A DNA stretch of 64,000 bases from Candidatus Bathyarchaeota archaeon (GTDB lineage: Archaea; Thermoproteota; Bathyarchaeia; TCS64), in NCBI GenBank assembly GCA_043826455.1, contig JBDRQD010000046.1, positions 55,316-119,315 of the forward strand. The letters are read 5' to 3'. The notes under the pieces are model-generated. The model had not been told where the DNA came from and made no database searches. It saw nothing but the letters and a program-made list of their open reading frames with translations. How positions within the stretch are numbered: position 1 is the stretch's first letter; every line of letters starts with the position of its first letter. Shown here one piece after another: positions 29,572 through 39,121 of this stretch. The position numbers and the translations under genes were made by a program.

Positions 29572-30357
29572 TCACATCGCGAATAGGTCTAGGAGAATTC
29601 TGCTGCCCATGGTAAACGTGACGGCGCCGAGGAAGCTCAGCACGACAGCGACGATACGCCCCACGTCCTGGCCAGCCAGGCTGGCGATGAGCGTCGCTTC
29701 GTTGGTCAGGTAGGCCCCGGCGGAGTAGATCTCCTCGCCGATGAGACAGTAGTCCGATGTCACTAGGAAGAAGGGTATCTGCGACGTCTGGGCGGTTCCC
29801 GTGATCTGCATGGCGCCGATCCTTGAACCAGTCTCGGCCAGCTGGAGGGACTCGGCCCAGTAGGCGCCCACCATGATGTTGGCGCCGGGCTTCTCCCTCA
29901 TCATCAGCCCCATGTAGTTGCTAGAGAAACCGAACTGCTCGCTGGAGAGGAACTGGACGCTGTCAGGGTCGAACTCCTCACCTTTGCCAGCCAGCTTGTA
30001 CTCAGTCTCCACGATGTCAGATGCGATAGGCCATACCTCAGGCTGCCTGACGGGGACCACGATCCTGGCCCCGACAGCAACGCAGCGCTTTGCGACGTAG
30101 TTGAGGACACTGAGACCAGCTATGGTCTGGGGCCCTGTAGTCGCGTCACGGAGGTTGGCGATGCCGTGACTGCAGAAGACGGGTCGCCCCATCTCCACAG
30201 CTCGGCCGATTGACTCGTCTATGGCGTCGATGCCGGGTATGCGTCTTACCTTAGGTACTTTGCCTGCCTGCGCTTGTTTGATGTAGTAGGCCACTGCGGC
30301 CATGATGAACAGTAGACAGATTAACCCGAAGATTCTGCCTTGGATTAGGAAAGCCAT
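29572..30357 (-). CDS. DUF6754-like membrane protein
   Basis: RRIPGIDAIDESIGRAVEMGRP, AESLQLAE, QIPFFLVTSDYCLIGEEIYSAGAYL; ATG 30357 after AGGAG. Confidence 0.8.
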   Translation of the reverse strand: MAFLIQGRIFGLICLLFIMAAVAYYIKQAQAGKVPKVRRIPGIDAIDESIGRAVEMGRPVFCSHGIANLRDATTGPQTIAGLSVLNYVAKRCVAVGARIVVPVRQPEVWPIASDIVETEYKLAGKGEEFDPDSVQFLSSEQFGFSSNYMGLMMREKPGANIMVGAYWAESLQLAETGSRIGAMQITGTAQTSQIPFFLVTSDYCLIGEEIYSAGAYLTNEATLIASLAGQDVGRIVAVVLSFLGAVTFTMGSRILLDLFAM

Positions 30358-30532
30358 TTTTGGTAGTCTCCTTTTCTCCGTGAAGTATTTGTTTTGTTTT
30401 AATATATAATATTCATCCTCGAATGATGTTGGTAATGTAGGAAACATCGGTAAAACGGGGCACTTTCACACGTCTCCGCTACACTTCAGTAGGTAAACCT
30501 CATGAACCCTTATGTCGGCGGATTAGACTAGT

Positions 30533-31270
30533 TTGACCCCCGAGATGCATAGACAGATACTGAAAGCTATTCTAAATGGAACACAGCCGGGGCCCGTTGC
30601 CTTAGATACATTAAAAGAGAAACTGAACATTACAGGCGAAGCGCTGGAAGATGCGCTGAACAATCTACAGGAGGAGGGTCTAGTAACCGTGAGCGGCGAC
30701 GCCCTGGAGCTCACGCGGGATAACAGGCTGGGACTAGCAGTCAAAGCCATTGAGCTGGGCGCAGACTTCCAAGCAGTGAGCCGGAGCCTGGGCTGGCTGG
30801 AGTTCGAGGAGCTGGCCGCACACGTCTTCGAGATGAACGGGTACAGCGTCCACAGGAGGTTCAGGTTCCAGGCCGAGGGGCGGCGCTGGGAGATGGACGT
30901 CCTTGCCCTCAGGAGCCCCTACATAGTCTGCGCCGAGTGCAAGCACTGGACGAAGGGCATCGGCAACAGCACGGCCCGAGGCATCATTGAGACACACCTG
31001 GAGAAGACGGAGGTCTTCAGCAGGCACCTGCACCATATGGCCAAGAAGGTACGGGCCCACAGGTGGGGCAACGCCACCGTGGTGCCCCTAGCCCTCACCA
31101 TGGCCCCCACCGACATGAACATCTACAGGAGGGTGCCGTCCGTAAGCATCCTGGCCCTACCCAGCTTCCTAGACGAGTTCGGGGGCCAGCTGGAGAGGCT
31201 GGTGTATCACAGGGTGGAGCTCCCCCCGTGGAAGCCTAAGCCGACCCAGACGAGACTGAGGCTGAGTTAG
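30533..31270 (+). CDS. wHTH plus Mrr-like restriction-endonuclease-fold protein
   Basis: WLEFEELAAHVFEMNGY, EMDVLA, AECKHW. Confidence 0.7.
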   Translation: MTPEMHRQILKAILNGTQPGPVALDTLKEKLNITGEALEDALNNLQEEGLVTVSGDALELTRDNRLGLAVKAIELGADFQAVSRSLGWLEFEELAAHVFEMNGYSVHRRFRFQAEGRRWEMDVLALRSPYIVCAECKHWTKGIGNSTARGIIETHLEKTEVFSRHLHHMAKKVRAHRWGNATVVPLALTMAPTDMNIYRRVPSVSILALPSFLDEFGGQLERLVYHRVELPPWKPKPTQTRLRLS

Positions 31271-31347
31271 CCCAAGCTAAGAAACACCCATGTTTTTAGG
31301 CTGGCTAAAGGTAACCCCTAAAAGCGAGGACTACAGTGTTTGCCCGC

Positions 31348-32214
31348 ATGGAGAAGCAGGAGCTGGCGGCCGCAGCCGTGGTGGGGGGCCTAGTCATCTT
31401 CGCGGTGAAGCTTTACAGTTACTTCATATCGGGTAGCGTGGCTCTTCTCTCGGACGCATTGGAGTCCATTGTGAACATTCTTGCTTCGCTGATGATGCTT
31501 GTGAGTATCAGGGTCTCCTTGAGGCCGCCGGACGAGTCGCACCGGTATGGGCACCAGAAGGTTGAGAACATTTCGTCGTTTGTGGAGGGGGCTCTGGTGC
31601 TGTTGGCTGGTCTCCTCATAGGCCGTGAGGCTGTGCTGAGGCTGTTTAAGCCTGTGGCGCCGATGCAGCTGGGCTTCGCTGTGCTACTGTCACTGGTGGC
31701 CACCGCTATGAACGGGGGGCTCTCCTGGCTACTGATGCGGAAGGCTAAGGAGACGGGCTCCATGGCATTGGAGGGGGACGCCATGCACTTGCTGTCGGAC
31801 GTGGTTTCATCGGTGGGGGTGGCGGCGGGGCTCCTGGTGGCCGATAGGCTGAGTATGCCGGTCCTGGACCCCGTCATGGCTCTCGTGGTCGCGGTGCTGG
31901 TTCTGCGCATGGGTGTCTCCCTGCTAGGGAAGAGCAGCCAGGGCCTCATGGACCACGCTTGCCCAGAGTCCGAGAAGCGGATCATGGAGATCATGAACCG
32001 CCACAGGAGCCAGTTCCTGGATTTCCACAATCTGAAGACGCGGCGTAGCGGGGACAGGGTGTACGCGGAGCTGCACATGAGGGTGGACGGCGATTTATCG
32101 GTGCAGGAGGCTCACGACCTCATGGACCACCTAGAGGCGGACATACGGAAGGAGGTCCCCGGCATGGAGATCACCATGCACGTGGAGCCGCCGAGAGAAA
32201 AAACAAGTGATTAA
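31348..32214 (+). CDS. Cation diffusion facilitator transporter
   Basis: SVALLSDALES, PPDESHRYGHQK, HLLSD, EAHDLMD, HVEP. Confidence 0.92.
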   Translation: MEKQELAAAAVVGGLVIFAVKLYSYFISGSVALLSDALESIVNILASLMMLVSIRVSLRPPDESHRYGHQKVENISSFVEGALVLLAGLLIGREAVLRLFKPVAPMQLGFAVLLSLVATAMNGGLSWLLMRKAKETGSMALEGDAMHLLSDVVSSVGVAAGLLVADRLSMPVLDPVMALVVAVLVLRMGVSLLGKSSQGLMDHACPESEKRIMEIMNRHRSQFLDFHNLKTRRSGDRVYAELHMRVDGDLSVQEAHDLMDHLEADIRKEVPGMEITMHVEPPREKTSD

Positions 32215-32227
32215 AAAAGGGGTGGGT

Positions 32228-34081
32228 TTAACCTGCTCTTCTAGTGTAGAGGTAGGCTACCGCCAATATGGTAAGCCCCGCAGCCCCATAGATGAAGTAC
32301 GTCATCGTCTGGCTGGTCTCGGGTTCTGACGGCTCCGTGGGTTCAGTGGGCTCTGTGGGCTGGGTCTCAGCCTCCTCCAGCACGGTCCAGGTGCTGAAGT
32401 GGCTGGTCTCTGCCTCGAGCACGCCGTTCTCGTCTAGGTGGCTGTTCACATGCATCCAGGTCTCACCGTTCCAGTAGGCCCAGGTGAGCCTCTGGGGGTC
32501 TACTTCTCGGCCCAGCTGCGCCTGCAGCGCCACGGGGTCTATCTCGACGCCCAGGCGAGCCTGCAGGGGTATGGTTGCGTTAGGCTCTATTAGGCAGTAG
32601 AACCCAAGCCCGTTCACAGGGCCACCGACATCGGAGGGTTTCTCGGCCTGCAGCCTGATCTGTAGCTCAAGCGCCTCGCTGGGCTCCAGCTCCAGGCGGA
32701 AGAGGCGTTGACGGAACTCTTCCTGGGCTGTGATCCTCAGCTGAACCTTCTTGGTCGAGTTGAAGACCATGGCCGTGTTTCTGAACTGGAGAGTGTTAGA
32801 TTCCTGCTCCCGTAGCGTCCATTTGAAGGCCTCGGGCACCTTGTCTGTGTAGTTGAAGGCTCTGGTAGTCTCAGGGACGCCGGGGATTTCTGGTCTCTGA
32901 GTCTCTCTGTTGAGCCTGGTGTCCTGCACGGTCCAGACGGAGAAGTGGCTGGTCTCAGCTACCAGCACGCCGTCCTCGTCCAGCGTGCTGGGGACCTCTA
33001 CCCACCTCATTCCGTTCCAGTAGCACCAGGCCAGGTGCTGTGGGTCCACGTCCAGCCCGGTCTGCTCTCGGATGGCTGCGGGCTCTATGAGAACCCCCAG
33101 CTTCGCCTTAACGGGCTCCGTCGCGTTGGGCTCGATCTCCAAGTAGAAGCCTATGTGGTTTCTCGCTGGGTCTATGGATTCCGGCTTTGTTGCCCTGAAC
33201 CTCACCTCCAGCTCCATGGCTTTACCTGGCTCCACGTCGAGCCTGAAGAGCCTCTGCTTCACCTCGCTCTCCGAGTTGATCCTAAGCTGGACCCTGTCGG
33301 TGGAGTTGAACACCATTGCCATGTTCTTGAAGGTGAAGCAGGCCTCCTCCCGCTCGCTGAGTGTCCAGGAGAACCCCTCTGGTACCTGGTCGGAGTAGTT
33401 GTAGGTCCTCGTCTTCTCGGGTACTCCGGGTATCTCGGGTGTGGGCACCTCGTTGGGCTTCTTGTTCTCAGCCACGGTCCAGACGGAGAAGTGGCCGGTC
33501 TCGGCCTCCAGGAAGCCCTGGTCGTCCATGCGGCTGGGCACGTTCTCCCAGCCTGTGCCGTTCCAGTAGCACCAGGTGAGCCTCTCCCTCAGTATGGGCC
33601 TGCCTAGCTCGTCGGCTAGGCCGGCGTCGTCGATGTACAGGCGCAGAGTAGCTCTGAAGGGCTCTGTGCCGTTGTTCTCCAGTGTGAAGTACCTTCTCAG
33701 CCCGAAGGCGGCCTCAGGCGTGTCCGTCGGGGGCTCGTTACAAGCATACATGTTGACGTGCATGTTCCTGTTGGCCACCATGTTCATGGCGAAGTAGGAT
33801 GCCTTGAGGCCGGGGGCCTGGGAGATGTTTAGCTGAAGCCTGTGTGTGGCTCTGAACTCCATGGTTGATGCGCCCATCCTCAGGACCTGGGAGACGCCCT
33901 CGGGCACAGTGTGCTGAACCCGGTTCATGTTGGTGTAGTTGAACCTGGGGGCGTCCGCAGGTGGGTCAGGCGTGCCAGCGCCTTTGGGTGTGGCTGTCTG
34001 GGCGCCTAAGGCGCCTGGGGGTACTATGAACGCCGCCAGCATCAGCAGCGTCAAGGCGAGCTTCATTTGAGTCTTACTCAT
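32228..34081 (-). CDS. Secreted, C-terminally anchored surface protein with three 182-aa repeats
   Basis: Signal peptide; 3x W(C/A)YWNG...ET(G/S)HFSxWTV spaced exactly 546 nt; PTE linker; TM helix plus RR tail. Confidence 0.88.
   Translation of the reverse strand: MSKTQMKLALTLLMLAAFIVPPGALGAQTATPKGAGTPDPPADAPRFNYTNMNRVQHTVPEGVSQVLRMGASTMEFRATHRLQLNISQAPGLKASYFAMNMVANRNMHVNMYACNEPPTDTPEAAFGLRRYFTLENNGTEPFRATLRLYIDDAGLADELGRPILRERLTWCYWNGTGWENVPSRMDDQGFLEAETGHFSVWTVAENKKPNEVPTPEIPGVPEKTRTYNYSDQVPEGFSWTLSEREEACFTFKNMAMVFNSTDRVQLRINSESEVKQRLFRLDVEPGKAMELEVRFRATKPESIDPARNHIGFYLEIEPNATEPVKAKLGVLIEPAAIREQTGLDVDPQHLAWCYWNGMRWVEVPSTLDEDGVLVAETSHFSVWTVQDTRLNRETQRPEIPGVPETTRAFNYTDKVPEAFKWTLREQESNTLQFRNTAMVFNSTKKVQLRITAQEEFRQRLFRLELEPSEALELQIRLQAEKPSDVGGPVNGLGFYCLIEPNATIPLQARLGVEIDPVALQAQLGREVDPQRLTWAYWNGETWMHVNSHLDENGVLEAETSHFSTWTVLEEAETQPTEPTEPTEPSEPETSQTMTYFIYGAAGLTILAVAYLYTRRAG
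32321..32362 (-). repeat. Degenerate 9-nt coding repeat (PTE/PSE linker)
   Basis: QPTEPTEPTEPSEP. Confidence 0.7.
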
Positions 34082-34169
34082 GTCAATCGGAAGGTAATAT
34101 CTCAGATAGATATATCAGGAATACAGATGAACGGCGTGGAACATTTGTTCCAGAAATAAAGATAGGGGG

Positions 34170-36002
34170 TTAACCCAGTTTCACGTACTTGGAGAGCTGC
34201 TCAGCCTCCTTCTCGAGGCCCAGCCACTTCAACGTGGCCCTGGTGGGGACTCCCTGCTTGTCCCAGCCCCGCTTGTCGTAGTATCTCTGGAGTAGCCCGT
34301 CGTACTTCTTCTCATCCAGCTTGGCTCCCTTGAGGGGCCCCTTGGGCAGCGGGTGCTTGAACCACCTAGCCGGCGGGTAGTCCATCTTCCTGCTCCACTT
34401 GTCGCCGTACTCCCGGACCCAGAAGGCCCGCATCAGCGCGTAGACGCGGTCGCCCATCTCCCACATCTCGTCCAGGGTCATCTTGACGCCCGTGGCCGCC
34501 TCAAGGTACTTGGGGTAGTCCTCCAGAGGGTACCCCAGCTCTATCCACGGGAACCTGCACGAGACCAGAGTCTCGAACATGCCTCCCCTGATGCGCTGAA
34601 ACTCGATGACCTTGTCCGCCTTCTCCGGCCCATAGCTGTCCCGTTTGCCGCTGCTGATCTCCCAGCTGATGACCCAGGCGTCCTTGTGGTGGGCGCCTAT
34701 GGGGCTGGTGCCGAAGCTGAGGGCCATGCCGGGGCAGGCGTGGCAGTCGTAGGCGCTCACCTCCAGGCCCTTGGCGTGGATGGCGAGGTCCTCCGAGCCT
34801 TTACCTATCTTCTCGGCGGCCTTCCTGACGCCGAGGCCGAATACGGCTCCCTTGTCCCTCATGTAGGCCATGTCTAGGAGGAGCTTCTTGGCGCCCTCGA
34901 AGTCACCGAACCTGATGGGCATGTCCACCAGGCCCTTCTCGGCGCACTCCATGGCGAAGCCTATGGCGCTGCCGGCGCTGATGGTGTCTAGGCCCAGCTC
35001 GTCGCACATCCTGTTGAGGGTGCCGATCTGCTCCAGGTCGCCGAGGCCTATGTTGCTGCCCAGCATGGTGACGTTCTCGTAGTCCAGCTCAGACTCCCTG
35101 CCCTCGCTGTCCAGGATGGTGTTGCCGCAGATCATGTTGCAGTTGGGGCAGCCCCGCTGGACCACGGTGGCGGCGTGGACGGCGTCGCCGTTCACGTTGG
35201 CTATGTGCTCGAACTGGCCCTCGCTGAAGTTGCGGGTGGGTAGGGCGCTGGCCGTCTGCATCATGTCGGCGGCCATCATGGTGCCAATCTTCTTCCAGTA
35301 GGGGTAGGCGTCGAACTTGGGTATCCTGTCGAAGCCCTTTCTGCCCAGGTCCTTGAGCATGGCCGGGTCGGCCGCGGGCAGCTCCTTGCTGCCCTTGAAG
35401 ACGGCGGCCTTCAGATTCTTGCTGCCCATGACTGCGCCCATGCCGGGGCGACCGCCGGCCCTGCCCTTCTGGCTGACCACGGTGGAGAAGAGGCACTTGT
35501 TCTCGCCGCTCTGGCCCGTGAGGAGGGTGCCGGAGGCCTTGCCGTGCTTGTCCTTGAGCCAGTCCTCGGCCTCGTAGCTGTCCTTGCCCCACAGGTGGCC
35601 GGCGTCCAGTATCTCGGCCTTGTCGTCCTCCACGTAGAGGTACACTGGCTTCTTGGCCCGGCCCGTGATGACCACGGCGTCCAGGCCACACTTCCGCATG
35701 TTCGTGGAGGCCAGGGTGCCCAGGTTTCCGTCACCGTAGCCGCCCGTCAGTGGGCTCTTGGCCGCCACCACCATCTTGCCGCTGTTGGGCACCTGGAAGC
35801 CCGTGTAGGGGCCCGTGGCAAAGATGAGCATGTTCTCGGGGCCCAGGGGGTCCGCGCCGGCGGGGAGCTCGTCCCAGAGTAGCTTGACGGCTAGGCCTCT
35901 GCCTCCTATGAACTTCTTGGCTACTTCCTCGGGGTAGGGTGTGACCTTCGCGGTTCCCTTGGTGAGGTCTACCCTGAGGAGCTTACCGTTCCATCCCTTC
36001 AT
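34170..36002 (-). CDS. Tungsten aldehyde:ferredoxin oxidoreductase, FOR-like
   Basis: GGRGLA, KSPLTGGYGDGNLG, GRPGMGAVMGSKNLKA, CPNCNMIC, ELDYEN, GLDTIS, GAHHKDAW. Confidence 0.9.
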   Translation of the reverse strand: MKGWNGKLLRVDLTKGTAKVTPYPEEVAKKFIGGRGLAVKLLWDELPAGADPLGPENMLIFATGPYTGFQVPNSGKMVVAAKSPLTGGYGDGNLGTLASTNMRKCGLDAVVITGRAKKPVYLYVEDDKAEILDAGHLWGKDSYEAEDWLKDKHGKASGTLLTGQSGENKCLFSTVVSQKGRAGGRPGMGAVMGSKNLKAAVFKGSKELPAADPAMLKDLGRKGFDRIPKFDAYPYWKKIGTMMAADMMQTASALPTRNFSEGQFEHIANVNGDAVHAATVVQRGCPNCNMICGNTILDSEGRESELDYENVTMLGSNIGLGDLEQIGTLNRMCDELGLDTISAGSAIGFAMECAEKGLVDMPIRFGDFEGAKKLLLDMAYMRDKGAVFGLGVRKAAEKIGKGSEDLAIHAKGLEVSAYDCHACPGMALSFGTSPIGAHHKDAWVISWEISSGKRDSYGPEKADKVIEFQRIRGGMFETLVSCRFPWIELGYPLEDYPKYLEAATGVKMTLDEMWEMGDRVYALMRAFWVREYGDKWSRKMDYPPARWFKHPLPKGPLKGAKLDEKKYDGLLQRYYDKRGWDKQGVPTRATLKWLGLEKEAEQLSKYVKLG

Positions 36003-36126
36003 GGTTATCGTTTAAAGTGGATGTGTGACGGGTTTAAGCCTTTTACCATCGACCTGCAGGAAGGTTCAACTCGAAATGCGTGTTGGTGCGTCCCCAGTTC
36101 AGCTTTACGTGTAATTTATAATGATG

Positions 36127-36158
36127 ACAGCTGCGTGGAAGAATGTGAAATTTTTTCG
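36127..36158 (+). repeat. 32-bp motif shared with copy D (copy E)
   Basis: ACAGCTGCGTGGAAGAATGTGAAATTTTTTCG matches the reverse complement of 63881-63912 at 31/32 positions. Confidence 0.85.
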
Positions 36159-36198
36159 TGTTAATTTTCGGATTATTTTAATAGAGTCCGGTCGGTGT

Positions 36199-36477
36199 TC
36201 AGCCGCCCACCACGAAGGGCATGATGACCACGTCGTCCTCGTCGCAGAGTCTGGTCTCCACGCCGTCTAGAAGCTGGATGTTCTTACCGTTCACCATGAC
36301 TGCCAGGTCGGCGCCCCCGACCTTGAACTCCCCCAGGTATCCTTGGCGCGTCTGCCCCGCCTTGGAGGCTAGGAGGTTGGCCAGGTGGCGAACTGTGGCT
36401 CCGTCCTCTAGCTCGATGTCGTGTTTGCTGCCGACGGTGGACGCTACGTCGCCGAAGATGCGGACCCTGACCTTCAT
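36199..36477 (-). CDS. MoaD/ThiS/SAMP ubiquitin-like sulfur carrier
   Basis: Beta-grasp pattern, VMVNG, C-terminal VVGG. Confidence 0.9.
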   Translation of the reverse strand: MKVRVRIFGDVASTVGSKHDIELEDGATVRHLANLLASKAGQTRQGYLGEFKVGGADLAVMVNGKNIQLLDGVETRLCDEDDVVIMPFVVGG

Positions 36478-36534
36478 ACTTGTATTTGATGGTGTAGCGG
36501 TTGATAAACAATAGGTAAGGTCATCTGTTACGCT

Positions 36535-36921
36535 CTACCAATCCGTGCTCACGACGTCCCGAAGCGCCCTGTCCGTTGTTACCACTGTGGCGCCGGTCTC
36601 GATGGCTAATGAGGCTATCAACGAGTCGAAGTAGTCGAGACCCCTATCCTGGAGGGCTACGGCGTCACGCAGCGATGTGACCGTGTTGGAGACCACTTTA
36701 TCAGCCGATATCCAGCCCTCGAAGGCCCGCCAGGTCAGCCTCCGCTCCTCGGCGCTGTAGCCTCTGGTCTTCATCACTAGGTCGGCTTCTAGAAGTACTA
36801 CCATGGGTACGCGGGTCTCTCCTCCTTCCCTCAGCTCTTCAAGGTGTATGACGCTCTCAGCGTGGTGCCTGCTCCCCGTGTTCAATGCGCCTATCAGTGT
36901 CACGGTGTCAAGGAGCCGCAT
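36535..36921 (-). CDS. vapC: VapC-like PIN toxin
   Basis: LLDTVTLI, LLEAD, YFDSLIAS, VTTD. Confidence 0.82.
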   Translation of the reverse strand: MRLLDTVTLIGALNTGSRHHAESVIHLEELREGGETRVPMVVLLEADLVMKTRGYSAEERRLTWRAFEGWISADKVVSNTVTSLRDAVALQDRGLDYFDSLIASLAIETGATVVTTDRALRDVVSTDW

Positions 36922-37171
36922 CTCTGTGCTTCTCAGCCTCCTTGGTGATCAGCCTTGTTGCTTCGTGGTCCTCCTCCGCCCAGCCCTTTAGTTTGGCTGC
37001 CCCTACCTCTCTGGCCTTCCTCATAAGGGTCTCGGGATCGATGAGCTCCACGTGGCCCTCCTCTTTTACGTTTACTACTAGGACGGTGTTGGCCTTTATT
37101 CGGGCCTCCTCCCTTATCTTCTTAGGTAGGACTAGCCTCCCCTTATCGTCCATAGTGACTGTTTCGCCCAC
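36908..37171 (-). CDS. vapB: AbrB/MazE-type antitoxin
   Basis: TMDDKGRLVLPKKIRE; overlaps the PIN gene. Confidence 0.82.
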   Translation of the reverse strand: MGETVTMDDKGRLVLPKKIREEARIKANTVLVVNVKEEGHVELIDPETLMRKAREVGAAKLKGWAEEDHEATRLITKEAEKHRDAAP

Positions 37172-37255
37172 AGTTAGTCATAGTTCATCCCACTATATTA
37201 AATGGGTGGGATATAGTGAGTTATAATCCCATAAAATTAAATAAGTGGGAATGGA

Positions 37256-39121
37256 TTACCTGAGCTCGGCCATGGTCTTCTCCAGAAAGCTCATGTCAAG
37301 CCTCTTCAGGGCCTCCTTCGTCGGGATACCCCGCTCGTCCCAGCCCAGTGTTTCGAAGTAGGCGAGACGCCTGCGCTTCACCAGCTCACGGTCCGTGGTC
37401 CTACCCTTGTAGGGGCCCGAGGGCAGGGGCTCGTAGAACCTGTCGGGGTTCTCGTCGTCCTTCACGGGCTCCCAGGTCACGTCCGGGCCTCCCAGAAGCA
37501 GCAGGGCCTTCTGCAGGGTCACTATCCTGGGCCCGTTGACCCTGCGCCATGATTCGATGGATATGTCGTACCCGGTAATGGCCTTGGCGTAGTCGAATAT
37601 CAGCTCCTGGGGGGCCCTGGCAAAGTTGCAGTAGACGGCTGAGTCGCTGAACACGGAGCCTGACATGTCGTGGTACCCGTCCCTGACGATGCTTGTGTGG
37701 TCGCCGCCCTGCACGTTGACGGCGTAGCCGATGTCGTGGGCCAGGAAGTCGGCGTCGCTGCGGGTGCCGTGGGCGCCCACCTCGATGCCCTTCACGTGGA
37801 CCGCGTACTTGAGAAGCTCTTCGGGCTCAAGTCCCTTCATCTCCGCGATCTTCAGGGCCGCCCGGTAGGTGCCCTCGGCGAGGATGTCGCCGATGCCCTC
37901 CCGGTAGGCTATGATCCTCGCTAGCCTGTCGAAGGCCCCGACGTCACCCCACTCCAGCTTGAACCCTATGTCCTCCTCGGTGAGGATGCCCCGCTGGTAA
38001 AGTTCAGCCGCGTACCCCATGGTGTTGGCGCCGCCGATGCCCGAGTGGCCCAGGTTGTCAATGAGGGCGCTCAGGTGGATGTCGTCGGCTGGGTCGAAGA
38101 TGCCGAAATTGGCCCCGCAGTAGGCCTGGAGCTCGTAGTCGGGGTTGTCGGTGATGTCCCCCTTCCAGGGGCCGCTCTTGACACAGCTCAGCTTCATGCA
38201 GCCGGTGGTGCAGTTGAAGTCGGCCCACTGCTTCTTCACCCAGAACCCGGTCTCGAAGGCCGGGCCCCCGAAGCTCCTCCTGTCGTGCCACTCCTCCTGC
38301 CAGTTCCTGATGGGCTCACTGCTGTAGGTGTTGGCCGTGGACCAGCCGCCGTAGCCGGTGCCCATGCGCCTGAAGCTGTCATTGGCTATCAGGTGCTCGT
38401 GGGCCCTCTTCCACAGGAGCTTCACGGCCTCCGGGGCGTAGACGTCGGGCAGGGGCCCCCAGCCCTTGGCGACTATGGCCTTCAGGTTCTTGGATCCCAT
38501 GACGGAGCCATAGCCGCCGTATCCCGCCGCATGGCACAGCTTGGTCATGACGCAGGCGTTCCTCACCATGTTCTCCCCGGCTGGCCCGACATAGATCATC
38601 CCAGGCTCCTTAACTAGGCCCCTGGCGGGGTCGCGCCCGGATAGCTCCTCGGAGACCTCCTTGTTGAGAACCTTGATGGTCTCCTCGCCCATGGCGCCCC
38701 ACAGGTGGCCGGCGTCCCTGATCTCGCCCCCGTCCTCAGTGACCAGGACGTAGACCGGCTCATCGGCCCTGCCCGAGACTATTACTCCGTCGTAGCCCGC
38801 CGTCCTCAGCTCGTGGGCGAACTCGGTGCTTGCCGTGGAGCCCACGGTCCCGTTGCTGACAGGCGACTTCCCGGTGCAGCATATGCGGCCGCCGGGGTAG
38901 ATGCCCGTCATGGGTCCTGTGAGGGCCAGGAACAGGTTGTCTGGGCCGAGGGGGTCAACCTCGCTCCACCTCTCGCCGATGCGGTCCCACAGGATCTTGG
39001 CGCCGAGACCTCTGCCGCCGAAGTACTGCTCAAGGATTCGCCCAGGGAAGGTGACATCCCTTGTCTTCCCCGTGGTGAGGTCAACGTCCAGGTACTTGCC
39101 AGCGTAGCCTCCCGGGGTCAC
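37256..39121 (-). CDS. WOR5-like tungsten oxidoreductase large subunit, copy 1
   Basis: True start GTG 39121 (GTGA overlap); HAAGYGGYG, SSEPIRNWQEE, DFNCTTGC, PDYELQAY, QGGDHTS. Confidence 0.88.
   Translation of the reverse strand: MTPGGYAGKYLDVDLTTGKTRDVTFPGRILEQYFGGRGLGAKILWDRIGERWSEVDPLGPDNLFLALTGPMTGIYPGGRICCTGKSPVSNGTVGSTASTEFAHELRTAGYDGVIVSGRADEPVYVLVTEDGGEIRDAGHLWGAMGEETIKVLNKEVSEELSGRDPARGLVKEPGMIYVGPAGENMVRNACVMTKLCHAAGYGGYGSVMGSKNLKAIVAKGWGPLPDVYAPEAVKLLWKRAHEHLIANDSFRRMGTGYGGWSTANTYSSEPIRNWQEEWHDRRSFGGPAFETGFWVKKQWADFNCTTGCMKLSCVKSGPWKGDITDNPDYELQAYCGANFGIFDPADDIHLSALIDNLGHSGIGGANTMGYAAELYQRGILTEEDIGFKLEWGDVGAFDRLARIIAYREGIGDILAEGTYRAALKIAEMKGLEPEELLKYAVHVKGIEVGAHGTRSDADFLAHDIGYAVNVQGGDHTSIVRDGYHDMSGSVFSDSAVYCNFARAPQELIFDYAKAITGYDISIESWRRVNGPRIVTLQKALLLLGGPDVTWEPVKDDENPDRFYEPLPSGPYKGRTTDRELVKRRRLAYFETLGWDERGIPTKEALKRLDMSFLEKTMAELR

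Noticed and set aside
34146..34171. Possible ORB/origin (GTTCCAGAAATAAAGATAGGGGGT)
   Set aside because: Single imperfect match, no cdc6/orc1 nearby, and only an 88-bp spacer
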